The position numbers and the translations under genes are program-made. The notes under the pieces are model-generated. The model was not told where the DNA came from. It saw only the letters and a list, made by a program, of their open reading frames with translations, and did no database searches. Shown piece by piece: positions 1 to 9,232 of a stretch of 64,000 nt of DNA (position 1 is its first letter; every line of letters starts with the position of its first letter). The DNA is from Candidatus Thorarchaeota archaeon (lineage in GTDB: Archaea > Asgardarchaeota > Thorarchaeia > Thorarchaeales > Thorarchaeaceae): the NCBI GenBank assembly GCA_016839275.1, contig JAEOUM010000025.1, positions 895-64,894 of the forward strand. The letters run 5' to 3'.

Positions 1-543
1 TTCGGCATCTTCATCGGTCTCACGGCCATCATCGAGGAGCTTCTCCTGAGTTTGGGAATTCCGGTCGTCGCAGGTCTGGGAGCTCCTGTAATCGTGATGG
101 TTCTACTCTTGGTATCCGGCATCTTCGGGGCGGTCTTAGTACCATTAATCTCAGACAAGGTCGGAAAACGAAAGCCGTTTCTCATGGTCTCATTGGTTGT
201 TGGCATCATCGCGACCTTTATTCTAGGCACAACCAATATCACTGAGGTGAGCTACATGTCAGCAGCAATTCTCGGCTTCTTCCTGATAGCGGTCATGCCC
301 ATCGCTCTCTCCATGCTCGAGGAGTTCAAGAGTGTGGGACCGGAGTTGTCAGGGGCGAGCACGGGTCTTGCTTTCTGGTGGGGCAATCTCGGCGGGTTCC
401 TTGGCACCATTCTACTTGAAGCCCTGAGAGTGGGAACATCGTACTTCTACTCGATTATCTACCTCGTAGTAGTGATGGGGATTGCGACTGTATTGATACT
501 GACAATTCCTGAAACTGGCCAACAGCAGGAGGTCAAGCAGTAG
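1..543 (+). CDS. MFS-type transporter, C-terminal portion (5' end lies outside the window)
   Basis: Frame 1 is open from base 1. The product is a series of hydrophobic helices with a short basic loop (DKVGKRKPF), typical of the second half of MFS permeases. There is no start codon context in the window. Confidence 0.7.
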   Translation, partial: FGIFIGLTAIIEELLLSLGIPVVAGLGAPVIVMVLLLVSGIFGAVLVPLISDKVGKRKPFLMVSLVVGIIATFILGTTNITEVSYMSAAILGFFLIAVMPIALSMLEEFKSVGPELSGASTGLAFWWGNLGGFLGTILLEALRVGTSYFYSIIYLVVVMGIATVLILTIPETGQQQEVKQ

Positions 544-780
544 CAGAGGAACATTCCATCAAAGTATACATGACACAAGAGGATCACGCTATTCACAAGA
601 ATAATTAACTCTCCCATTATCAGTTGAAAAGCAAGAAGAAATTACAATATTCGAGCATTGTTGAATTGTTTCAAAGGCATTGAGACAAAATGACTTAGCT
701 AATCTAACCTAGTCAGACCGAAGTGGCGAGTATTCTGTTGGAATAATGATTTTCCAACCACGACACATATGTTGCTGATG

Positions 781-1407
781 CTAAATCAACGAGAGAAGAT
801 GAAGAGCCATTGCTATCTCAAATATAAGAAGGGCAAACGCAGCGACAGCCAAGAAGAGGTACACAGTTCTAAGGTTCGTGTAAGTATTGGATGCATTTGA
901 TTGGTTATTTTCAACCCATTCACGTTCCGTATTATACCTTGGTTTTTTATTCAGTCCTCTATAAGACTCGACGAATTCTTGGAATAGAAACGTATCACCA
1001 GGAAAGACATCAGCTCTCTTCAGTCTAATTCCAATATCTTGACTCAATCCCAATAATGCTTCCACTTTTGAAACATGAGCAACCATCATTCGAAACCGAT
1101 CTTGCTTCCGTTTTGCAACTTCTTTTCCTAACCAACAGAATGCAATTACCATGACTCCTAAAAACATTAGCGCAAATAGAAATCCCAATTGAGCCAAAAT
1201 ATCTGTTATTTGCCAAATTGACCCTATTGCCACAAAGCTCACAGAAATAAGAGCAGAAATGATTAGGAAGAAGAATTGTGCACCTTTCCACATCAGTTCT
1301 ATATAGGCATCACCAGCAGCCCTACGTTCTTTCCAGATTTCAATCAAGATATCTCTATCATCAAAAACGGATTTCTTAATCCTGTTCACTCTCCTATCCA
1401 CTCGCAA
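781..1407 (-). CDS. hypothetical membrane protein (orphan)
   Basis: 208-aa ORF with two central hydrophobic helices and one C-terminal helix. No recognisable motif. It lies between the MFS gene and a relic copy of that gene's 3' end. Confidence 0.5.
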   Translation of the reverse strand: MRVDRRVNRIKKSVFDDRDILIEIWKERRAAGDAYIELMWKGAQFFFLIISALISVSFVAIGSIWQITDILAQLGFLFALMFLGVMVIAFCWLGKEVAKRKQDRFRMMVAHVSKVEALLGLSQDIGIRLKRADVFPGDTFLFQEFVESYRGLNKKPRYNTEREWVENNQSNASNTYTNLRTVYLFLAVAAFALLIFEIAMALHLLSLI

Positions 1408-1587
1408 GGGACAAAAGAATCAATTCTTATTGTTAGTGTAAAAGTGTTTCCAATGGATGAACTTCATGACATGGACGAGGTTGTGGCAGTCAACAATTAT
1501 AGAGCCTGTAGGTCACTAAGTGGGTAGTATTAACCTGCATTACTCAAGATCCAACTATGAATTGGATGTTGCAGCCCATCCATAAAC

Positions 1588-1710
1588 CGTCTGAGAATAG
1601 TAATATCATACTTCTTCTCTATTGTCTACCTAGTAGTGGTGATGGTGATTGCGACTGTGCTTATCTTCACAATCCCTGAAACTGCAAAGCGAGACGAAAA
1701 CATACAGTAA
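1588..1710 (+). pseudogene. relic copy of the 3' end of the upstream MFS gene
   Basis: Translation RLRIVISYFFSIVYLVVVMVIATVLIFTIPETAKRDENIQ* aligns with the MFS C-terminus ALRVGTSYFYSIIYLVVVMGIATVLILTIPETGQQQEVKQ* (bases ~424-543). Nucleotide similarity is visible by eye (gtgattgcgactgt, attcctgaaactg). No upstream ORF continuation. Confidence 0.7.
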
Positions 1711-1728
1711 CTAAGTCAGTATCAGAGT

Positions 1729-2397
1729 TCAATCCGCAACTACACTACCAACTATAGTGAGTTGGATTAAGAGCAAGGTATCCACTCCGTGCCTATAGGT
1801 CCAGACGATACTTACGGGTACACCTGTGCTCAGAGAAACACTACCTGACCAGCCTCCACCATTATCAACAGGTCCCCACCAGCCATACTCAATAGTAAAC
1901 ATGTCATCATAGAAGATTGTGACGATGAAATCCCCATTGGGGGTGAAACCGGGACTGTCATCTGGAAAGAGCGTATCCAAGGTTGACCAGTCAACAACGG
2001 GGAGAATGCATCCTGAGACCATATCAGAGAGCGTCGCGTTCGCCCATTCGTCTGGTTCTGTCCCATTTGCGAATGAGCAACTCACCTTGTTGACATGGAT
2101 GATCTCACTGGAAAAGGAGGCCGCGTTATATACTGCATCGAGGGAGGGGAGGTTGTTCACAGTGGCAATTATCGAGGTGCCATTCAGAGGTAGCACCTGT
2201 TCAGAGCTGATACTACCCAAGGATGAATAGCCTGAAGCCAAGATGTCATACTGATAGGTGTGTCCAACTGCAACACCCCAGGAGAGGTCACTCAAATCCA
2301 CGGGCGTAGGTAGTAGAAAATAGATAACACCAACTGTGACAACGCCTATTAGACAGACTGCGACCGCAACCGCATAGATGCGCTTCATCATCCTCAC
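1729..2397 (-). CDS. hypothetical secreted or N-terminally anchored protein
   Basis: 222-aa ORF with an N-terminal hydrophobic segment (IYAVAVAVCLIGVVTVGVIYFLL) followed by a Ser/Gly/Trp-rich soluble domain. No known motif. Confidence 0.5.
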   Translation of the reverse strand: MRMMKRIYAVAVAVCLIGVVTVGVIYFLLPTPVDLSDLSWGVAVGHTYQYDILASGYSSLGSISSEQVLPLNGTSIIATVNNLPSLDAVYNAASFSSEIIHVNKVSCSFANGTEPDEWANATLSDMVSGCILPVVDWSTLDTLFPDDSPGFTPNGDFIVTIFYDDMFTIEYGWWGPVDNGGGWSGSVSLSTGVPVSIVWTYRHGVDTLLLIQLTIVGSVVAD

Positions 2398-2543
2398 ACA
2401 GACTGATTATGTTCAGATTGGGTCATTAGTCTATTCTTTTTGCTGTCACGTAGGCTTGATAACAGAGTTCATGAAAACATATGATGTATGATTCTCTTGT
2501 TTTGACTGCAAAGCATAAGTGAATCAATCGCTTCCTAATTCAT

Positions 2544-3050
2544 ATGGACACGATTACAATTCGTGAGGCACAGAGAAACGATATGCCTTCTATTGTTGAC
2601 GCCTGTCGAGCCTCCACCACTGAAGAAGAGATGGTTGGATTTACTGCACCGGAGTGGGGGACGTTTCGAGATATCAAGAAGTTGCGTGAAATATGGACAT
2701 CGGGAAACAGGCTGAAGGATGATTACGAGGTCATTGTGTCAGAAAGGGGAGGACAGATAGTTGGATTTCTTGTGTTTAAGAGAGAGCAAGAGTTCATGTA
2801 TATTGACCAAGTCAACATTAGGAAGTCTGAACAGGGAAAAGGTGTAGGAAGATCTTTTGTAGAGCATGTTGAGAGGCTGGCAATTGAGAGCGGGCTGACA
2901 CGTATTGAAACTGACACCACTGAGAATGCACAAGGCGTGCCGTGGAAGTCATATGACTTCTGGTTAAAGATGGGATTCAGAGATACAGGCGAACGTTTGA
3001 AGACAAAGTGGGACTTTAAGACAATCCCCTTTGTCAAGCGGCTCAGCTGA
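2544..3050 (+). CDS. GNAT family N-acetyltransferase
   Basis: Acetyl-CoA binding motif A: IRKSEQGKGVGRSFVEHVERLA (Q/R-x-x-G-x-G/A). Typical ~165-aa size. Confidence 0.8.
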   Translation: MDTITIREAQRNDMPSIVDACRASTTEEEMVGFTAPEWGTFRDIKKLREIWTSGNRLKDDYEVIVSERGGQIVGFLVFKREQEFMYIDQVNIRKSEQGKGVGRSFVEHVERLAIESGLTRIETDTTENAQGVPWKSYDFWLKMGFRDTGERLKTKWDFKTIPFVKRLS

Positions 3051-3136
3051 GCATTGAGTTTTATACTAGTGTCTTGGTTCCATAGACCAATAGGTTCTTC
3101 CCAGACCGGAATCAATGTATTAGAAGATGATTGGTC

Positions 3137-3784
3137 ATGAGCTGCAGACAATGCATAGGTATCGAAGAGCACTTCGATCAGAAAAAGGCCACTGAAGAAC
3201 TTCTGCAGTATCGGAACGAGGGTTCGGTGAAGACAACCCGGTTGTTGATTGATGCTTTGATGGCAGAAGGTATATCCGAGATGACACTGCTGGATATTGG
3301 AGGGGGAATAGGTGTTCTTCAGCATGAGCTGCTGAAAGCGGGAGTGAGTAGTTGCATCAATGTGGAAGCCTCGAAGGCATATATCGAAGCAATAAAGGAG
3401 GAAGCAGAACGTCAGGGACATGCAGACCGTATAAGTCATCTACATGGTGACTTCGTTGACTTAGCTGAAGGCCTCTCCGAGTGTGACATTGTAACATTGG
3501 ACAGAGTGATTTGTTGCTACCACGATGTAAAGGGACTTGTGGAGAAGTCCTCAGCGCTGGCTAGAAAAGTTTACTGCTTAGTATATCCTTTGGATCGTTG
3601 GTCTGTTAGAATAGGCGGCGTATGGGAGAATTTTACCTATCGTCTTCATCGAAGTCCTTTTCGTTTTTTTGTGCATCCGCCTGAGGTGGTTGAGGAAATC
3701 CTTCGTACAGAGGGCTTCGAGCAACGGTTCTATCAGGAAGAGGGTATGTGGCAAATTGTTGTCTACAAACGTGTTCAGTCATAG
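3137..3784 (+). CDS. class I SAM-dependent methyltransferase
   Basis: Motif I LLDIGGGIGVLQHELL followed by an acidic residue at the end of beta-2 (NVEAS). ATG at 3137 preferred over the TTG at 3131. Confidence 0.75.
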   Translation: MSCRQCIGIEEHFDQKKATEELLQYRNEGSVKTTRLLIDALMAEGISEMTLLDIGGGIGVLQHELLKAGVSSCINVEASKAYIEAIKEEAERQGHADRISHLHGDFVDLAEGLSECDIVTLDRVICCYHDVKGLVEKSSALARKVYCLVYPLDRWSVRIGGVWENFTYRLHRSPFRFFVHPPEVVEEILRTEGFEQRFYQEEGMWQIVVYKRVQS

Positions 3785-3837
3785 ATGAAATAAGAGTATA
3801 CAGACCTAATATGGTGACCTCAGAAGAAAGCCAGCGA

Positions 3838-4713
3838 CTATCTTACCTTTGAATAATAATTATAGAGAAACTCTCTTGCTCTGGGTATCTGCCAGTCAGC
3901 TGCAGGTTCATAGAACTCCGGTATCTCGATGTCGTCTGAGCCCTTACCCTCAGAGATTGCTCGTAAGACAGCATGTTTCAATTCCCGCAGGTGGTCTAAC
4001 TGCTCTTTGATGTGTTCAGGTTCCACGATCGCTCCATGACCAGGCACGACCAAATTGACATCCAGACTCAACATGTGCTCAAAAGCACGCAGCCACCCTT
4101 CAGGATCACCACAGGGCTCAGAGATGTAAGGCCACTGCCTAGTCGCCAGGTCATCACCCGCGAATAGGACCTTTTCGTTTGGAAAGTAAGCATACGACTC
4201 GCCAGCGCAGTGACCACCCGAGTGATAGAACTCAACCTGCAAGTCATTGTTGGAGATGGTTCGCTCTATCTCAAATCCAGCAGATGGCAGGATGATCTCT
4301 ATCTCATCGATATACTCAGCGAACTCTGGGTCTTCTTCCTTCCATCTGTCAAAGTCCTCCTGTTTCCAACCCTCTTTCATCTTCCTCTTCATTCTCTCAA
4401 TCGTGGCATCCGAGCTAAAGATCTCCACATCCTTGAAGATAGCAGAGCCATAGTGATGGTCGCCATGAAAGTGTGTGATGAAGAGATACTTCACAGGCAA
4501 CCCAAACTTGGCTTCGGCATGTTCTCTGAACTTCTTTGCCTGTCGTGGGTATATGAGAGTATCAATTACGATGATGAAATCATCTAGTGCAATAGCGCCA
4601 GCTGTCACGCTGAAGTAGTCTTCATAGGTTGCCACTATTGTGCGAAGAGTGATTTCGTCAATCGTAAAATCAATAGTAGGAGCGGTCATAATCTCACAGG
4701 TGGGTTCTGACAT
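3838..4713 (-). CDS. MBL-fold metallo-hydrolase
   Basis: H-x-H-x-D-H signature (THFHGDHHYG), plus downstream HSGGH and PGHG metal-ligand motifs. Confidence 0.8.
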   Translation of the reverse strand: MSEPTCEIMTAPTIDFTIDEITLRTIVATYEDYFSVTAGAIALDDFIIVIDTLIYPRQAKKFREHAEAKFGLPVKYLFITHFHGDHHYGSAIFKDVEIFSSDATIERMKRKMKEGWKQEDFDRWKEEDPEFAEYIDEIEIILPSAGFEIERTISNNDLQVEFYHSGGHCAGESYAYFPNEKVLFAGDDLATRQWPYISEPCGDPEGWLRAFEHMLSLDVNLVVPGHGAIVEPEHIKEQLDHLRELKHAVLRAISEGKGSDDIEIPEFYEPAADWQIPRAREFLYNYYSKVR

Positions 4714-4762
4714 CGGTACATTTGATTTTAGTTGTTAGCGCAGGATGAATCCCTCTAGATGC

Positions 4763-6277
4763 TCATTCCCTTCTCTTTTCAGAAGAGATCGCTTCCTCTC
4801 TCAGAAGTTGGTTCAGCTCCCGGATTCTATCATTGATCTTCTTTCTGAGCGTCTTAACACCCGCTGAGTCGGTAATACTCAGAGCATCTTGAAGTATCGC
4901 TTGTGCATCTTTGATTTGTCCGTGTTTCTGATAGAATTCAGCCTTGAGCAGAGCAGCATACATTCTGATACCAGGCAAGTCACGATCAATTGCATACTTC
5001 TCGAGTCTGGACAGCCATTTGCCAGGTGCTATACCCTTGATACTATCCATCGATTGACTGGCAAGGGCGATTTCTACTCGTGCCAAATCAAGAAGAACTC
5101 GGTTCTGATTGATACCTCGAGGACTACTTTCTGAAATCTCCTGAGCTTGTTCAAGGAAATCCAATGCGGTTAGAACATTTCCTCTTCTTAGCTCAATCAC
5201 ACCTAAAATGTTGTAATAGTCACCCAACCATACTTCTCTACCAGTCTTCATTATCAGTGAATGGGCAGTATTTAGATTGTGTTCGGCTTCCTCCAGTCTG
5301 TTCGATAGTGCTAATGCCCAAGCTTTCCTGAGATATAATACTGGAAACTCAAGATGTCCGACATACTCAAAACTCCGGTTAGCCCATTCAAGAGCCAGCT
5401 GGCCTTCGCCTAACATGGAATATATCCTAGAGAGTATAAGATATGGCGTGTCGCCACCACCCATTATCTTGATACCCTCAAGATGGCTTGAAATTGCTAA
5501 ATCGTATTCACCAGCTGTTTCAAATGAAAGGGCTGAATCGTTCAGGACTTCCGCTATAAAAAAGGGTACTTCTAGGTCCTGAGCCAAATCATAGAGTTCT
5601 TCATACCGTGCCAGAGACTCCTGAATATTGAATATCCTCAAGCTACTTGCCAAACAGCCGAGATTCATGTATTTGCACAATGAATCATCATACATTTCTG
5701 CAAGTTGCAGACCTCTTTGATAATCAGTAATTGCACCCTTCAAATCACCTTCACGGTCTTTTCCCCAACCTTCGAAACTACAAACCAGAGAGTCAAAACA
5801 TTTTAGAACAGGATTAGCTTGTACCAAAGCTTTCGCTTTTTCAAGTGGCTCGAAATAGCTTGGAATGTCTTCATGAAAGGGAGAATGAAAAAACGTATGA
5901 AGCAGGTGAAGCTCAGTTTCTATCCAATCATCTAGAGAGTTGTCCATCGCTTTTTCTATTGCTTCAACGACAGCATCATGGTACCGTACTTGATCACTCA
6001 AAGTTGAAGTGTGAGCATATCCCCAGGGTTTTATGATAAGCACACCTTTGTATTTCTCCTGAATCATCTTCATGTCCTCCGTCGATCTAGCCCACCAAGC
6101 CTGAACAGCTGCAAGATAGGACAGATTGACAGGGACATCATTCTCGAGAACGAAAGCAACCAATAGTTTCACAAAGTCATAATAGCTATTTGCCTCGTCC
6201 ATGAGAGAGTCCAGGATAGACTTGCTCCCTTCATCGATGAATGGATAATACTTTGTGATGGTCCCCATCGGTTTCAT
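4763..6277 (-). CDS. TPR-like repeat protein, tandem paralog B
   Basis: 504-aa helical-repeat protein. By alignment with the upstream paralog the true start may be the ATG at 6268 (MGTITKYYPFIDE). Shared blocks: EYDLAISS, LEWANRS, GVKTLRKK. Confidence 0.7.
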   Translation of the reverse strand: MKPMGTITKYYPFIDEGSKSILDSLMDEANSYYDFVKLLVAFVLENDVPVNLSYLAAVQAWWARSTEDMKMIQEKYKGVLIIKPWGYAHTSTLSDQVRYHDAVVEAIEKAMDNSLDDWIETELHLLHTFFHSPFHEDIPSYFEPLEKAKALVQANPVLKCFDSLVCSFEGWGKDREGDLKGAITDYQRGLQLAEMYDDSLCKYMNLGCLASSLRIFNIQESLARYEELYDLAQDLEVPFFIAEVLNDSALSFETAGEYDLAISSHLEGIKIMGGGDTPYLILSRIYSMLGEGQLALEWANRSFEYVGHLEFPVLYLRKAWALALSNRLEEAEHNLNTAHSLIMKTGREVWLGDYYNILGVIELRRGNVLTALDFLEQAQEISESSPRGINQNRVLLDLARVEIALASQSMDSIKGIAPGKWLSRLEKYAIDRDLPGIRMYAALLKAEFYQKHGQIKDAQAILQDALSITDSAGVKTLRKKINDRIRELNQLLREEAISSEKRRE

Positions 6278-7746
6278 GAAGCCATCTCCCCATCGTGTAA
6301 TTGATGCTCAATCTCCTGAAGTCGGGCAGTAATTCTCTTCCTCAAGGTCTTGACTCCGGGTGAATCAGATGATTCGAGAGCTCGTCGAAGCGTTTCATAC
6401 GCATCCTGGAGTTGGTCTTGGCTCTTGAAGACCTCGGACCTCATCAACGCCGCTTGCATGGCTATACCGGGCATGTTGTATGAGCGCGCATGGTTCTCAA
6501 GGATTGAAATCCACTTTCCTGATATAACTTCATTCCTATTCCGAGATCGTATGAGTAAAGCCAATTCCGCTTTTGCTAGAGCTATCAGGATTTCGTTAAG
6601 ATAGGTCAGTGTTTCCCGAGGATAGACTATCTCATATGCCTGTTCAAGAGTACTCATTGCATTAGTAAATTCACCAATAGCCAGATCAAGCAATCCCGAA
6701 ACGAAATGGTATCTTGCCAGATGAGCATCATCCCCGACTTGCAGTACTTTTTTACTAGCAGTATTCAAGAACATCTCAGCCTCATCAAGGCGGTCTAGGA
6801 TTATTAGCGCACGAGCTTTCCTGAGATAGCCCATATGATACTCCTTGTCTTCCAGAGAACGATTCGCCCACTCAAGGGATGCTTGACCATTGCCTATGAT
6901 TGCATAAAGTCTGGAGAGTACTCCAAAAATCATCTCATTACGAGTAGAGGGATATTCATTTAGGCATTCTAATTGGCTTGAAATAGCAAGATCATACTCC
7001 CCCAAGATTTCATAGGTCAACCCAACATAGTGCAAAGCTTCTCCTGTGAAAACCGGAGTTCCAAGATCTTGAGCAATCTGATAGGCTTGTTCAAATAGAT
7101 CAATGCTCTCTTGGGGAGTCCTATTCCTACTGCAATTTCCTAAGGAAACGATAGAAAAGAATTCATACACAGAATCATTTTTTGCTATTGCAAGTTCGTA
7201 GGCTTTGCGGTAACTAGTCATTGCATCAATGGCTTTTCCTTCCAAGGAAAACATATCACCTTCAATGAGATATACAATTGGCTCGAAGCACAATAAATCT
7301 GGTTCTTGATTCAGGATTGCCTTTGCAGTTGAGAGCAAATTCACTGCTTCGGGGCGATTTGATAAATTGAATGCATGCGCGAGAAGAAGCTCTACGATTT
7401 TCCAATTTTCTGTAGGAGGTTTCAGTGCTGAATTTATAGATTGCAGTAAAGCCTGACAAATTTCGACATTCCATCTCTCTTGTGTCCCCCAAATATAACC
7501 CCATGGCTTGATAGATGCGAGTGAGTTGTATTTTTCTAGAATAGCATTTCTGAGAGTTCCCTCTGGTGCATACCAGCATTGCGCCGCTGCAATATACACC
7601 AAATCATCTGAAACCTCTGTTTCAAGAACCAATTTAGCAAGACGTTGCACATTATCGTAATAGCTTCTCGAATCATTCATGAGAGAGCTCAGGATAGACT
7701 TGCTTTCCTCATTGATGAATGGGTAGTATTTTGTGATGGTCCCCAT
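6274..7746 (-). CDS. TPR-like repeat protein, tandem paralog A
   Basis: 490 aa. Starts MGTITKYYPFINEESKSIL and ends SPGVKTLRKRITARLQEIEHQL. Colinear similarity to the downstream gene. The stop overlaps the downstream ORF start (ATGA). Confidence 0.7.
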   Translation of the reverse strand: MGTITKYYPFINEESKSILSSLMNDSRSYYDNVQRLAKLVLETEVSDDLVYIAAAQCWYAPEGTLRNAILEKYNSLASIKPWGYIWGTQERWNVEICQALLQSINSALKPPTENWKIVELLLAHAFNLSNRPEAVNLLSTAKAILNQEPDLLCFEPIVYLIEGDMFSLEGKAIDAMTSYRKAYELAIAKNDSVYEFFSIVSLGNCSRNRTPQESIDLFEQAYQIAQDLGTPVFTGEALHYVGLTYEILGEYDLAISSQLECLNEYPSTRNEMIFGVLSRLYAIIGNGQASLEWANRSLEDKEYHMGYLRKARALIILDRLDEAEMFLNTASKKVLQVGDDAHLARYHFVSGLLDLAIGEFTNAMSTLEQAYEIVYPRETLTYLNEILIALAKAELALLIRSRNRNEVISGKWISILENHARSYNMPGIAMQAALMRSEVFKSQDQLQDAYETLRRALESSDSPGVKTLRKRITARLQEIEHQLHDGEMAS

Positions 7747-7843
7747 CGGTTTTTCCAGACTGCTCTCCCTCCAGAGTTTTCAGCCTTAAGATAGTGCATT
7801 AAATAGAGAGACAAAATATATATAGCGATATCGACTATACATT

Positions 7844-7864
7844 ATACGCGATACGCGATACGTA
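7844..7864. promoter_or_regulatory. three tandem heptads ATACGCG-ATACGCG-ATACGTA (candidate operator) downstream of an ATATATATA TATA-like box
   Basis: Read directly: ...aaaatatatatagcgatatcgactatacattATACGCGATACGCGATACGTAaaac. It lies ~29 nt upstream of the ATG at 7893. The 14-mer ATACGCGATACGTA recurs at 8303-8316. Confidence 0.45.
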
Positions 7865-7892
7865 AAACGTGTTGCAAAGCGAGGTTAGTAAG

Positions 7893-8276
7893 ATGGAAAG
7901 CGTTGTCGAACGTCAAAGTGAAAGAACTGAGTTAGATGCTGAAATGGACACTGCAGAGGAAGTACTTCTCACTGTGCCGAAACAGCAAGCAAAGAGAATA
8001 TATCGAGCTCCAGCAAGAAAGTTCCAATATGCTCAGCCTCTTGGTGGTCTAGTGGCTATTGTAACTCTTCTCATTATCCCAATGGTAACCATACCTGGTA
8101 TGATCATTGCTGTGCTACTTGCGGAGGTCTATCTCGTTGATTGGACCTATTCCAAGTTCAGTCAGCTACGCAATGCCAATTCATCCGTTTCGAGCGAGTC
8201 TTCTGAGAAGAGCCCCGAGGATGAGATTGACCGCAAGGTAGCAAGGACTGGTCCCAAGGATCAGTTTGTAAAATAG
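7893..8276 (+). CDS. hypothetical membrane protein
   Basis: ORF with an acidic N-terminus, two adjacent hydrophobic helices (LGGLVAIVTLLIIPMVTIPGMIIAVLLAEVYL) and a Ser-rich tail. ATG at 7893 is preceded by GAGGT. The GTG at 7869 is an alternative start. Confidence 0.5.
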   Translation: MESVVERQSERTELDAEMDTAEEVLLTVPKQQAKRIYRAPARKFQYAQPLGGLVAIVTLLIIPMVTIPGMIIAVLLAEVYLVDWTYSKFSQLRNANSSVSSESSEKSPEDEIDRKVARTGPKDQFVK

Positions 8277-8302
8277 AACTATGTGATGTAAGCGTAAGGA
8301 AG

Positions 8303-8316
8303 ATACGCGATACGTA
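8303..8316. promoter_or_regulatory. second copy of the ATACGCGATACGTA motif abutting a TTTTAAAT TATA-like box
   Basis: agATACGCGATACGTAgTTTTAAATggg. The TATA-like box is ~36-43 nt upstream of the ATG of the RHH gene at 8361. Confidence 0.45.
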
Positions 8317-8360
8317 GTTTTAAATGGGAATATCTAGCAATACAATTTGGGTCAGTTATA

Positions 8361-8687
8361 ATGTCTGAAAAGGAAGAGAAACCAAAGCGGACCTCTCTGC
8401 GGGATAGGGTCTTGCAGAACATCTCAGCAGAAGGATTTGAGGAGGAGGAGCGAGATATTCCCGTTGTAGCAAGGATGAACAAACGGGTTGTTGAGATTCT
8501 CGATTCGCTTGTGGCCATTGGTGTATTCAAGAGCCGATCTGAGGCTGCAGCAGCTCTTGTGGAAGGAGCGATATCATCGAGAGAAGACCTTTTCAATGAT
8601 ATCAAAAGACAAGCAGCCAATCTGAGTCAGCAACAAGATGCAGCAATGAAAGAGGCACAAGAAGCAGTCCTTGGAAAACTGAAGTGA
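8361..8687 (+). CDS. ribbon-helix-helix (CopG/Arc-like) DNA-binding protein
   Basis: IPVVARMNKRVVEILDSLVAIGVFKSRSEAAAALVEGAI fits the beta-strand/helix/helix RHH pattern, including the characteristic SRSE helix start. A paralog lies at 30518-30865. Confidence 0.7.
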   Translation: MSEKEEKPKRTSLRDRVLQNISAEGFEEEERDIPVVARMNKRVVEILDSLVAIGVFKSRSEAAAALVEGAISSREDLFNDIKRQAANLSQQQDAAMKEAQEAVLGKLK

Positions 8688-8761
8688 GATTGTAGCGAAT
8701 CTTGTGAATGCAATAACTCCTTAGATATCATGTCCCTAATAGTCCAAGGGTGTATCTATAA

Positions 8762-9055
8762 CTACGGTAGCTGACCTATGATCTTGAGTGTATCTTCAGC
8801 CTTTAGAGCAACCAGAGTTTCAGTCCTGTTGGTACCACCTTGTCCAAAGATGAACAGAGCCTTCATAGCGGCCTCAATAGAAGGACCCTCTACGACCGCA
8901 ACCCAGTCATATTTTCCAAAGGTGTAGTACAGACCCAGAAGCTTTGCACCCACTGACTGAATAATATCATTGGCCTGTTTCTGTCGTTTTCCTGCTTCCT
9001 TTATGGTCTTGACTCCTTTCTCAGTAAGATTACCAAGTATAATGAATATCGGCAT
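8762..9055 (-). CDS. GYD domain protein
   Basis: 97 aa with MPIFIILGNLTEKG...FGKYDWVAVVEGPS...TETL, the typical GYD-family layout and motif. Confidence 0.75.
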   Translation of the reverse strand: MPIFIILGNLTEKGVKTIKEAGKRQKQANDIIQSVGAKLLGLYYTFGKYDWVAVVEGPSIEAAMKALFIFGQGGTNRTETLVALKAEDTLKIIGQLP

Positions 9056-9232
9056 TTTCTCACCTCCCTTACAAGTTCACCAAAACATACCTATAGCTCT
9101 CATTTGATATTAAATCATGGGAGAGAGATCTAATCAGGTGGTCAATTCAAGACTAATAGCAGATCGCGAGGTCAGTTCCTGAATCACGAATAGGGGTAAG
9201 TTATATGAAGCGGGTCAATTCAATGTGATATC

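Noticed and set aside
2723-3439. 238-aa minus-strand ORF spanning the GNAT and methyltransferase genes
   Set aside because: It bridges two well-supported plus-strand genes and their spacer, and it has no motifs. It is spurious.
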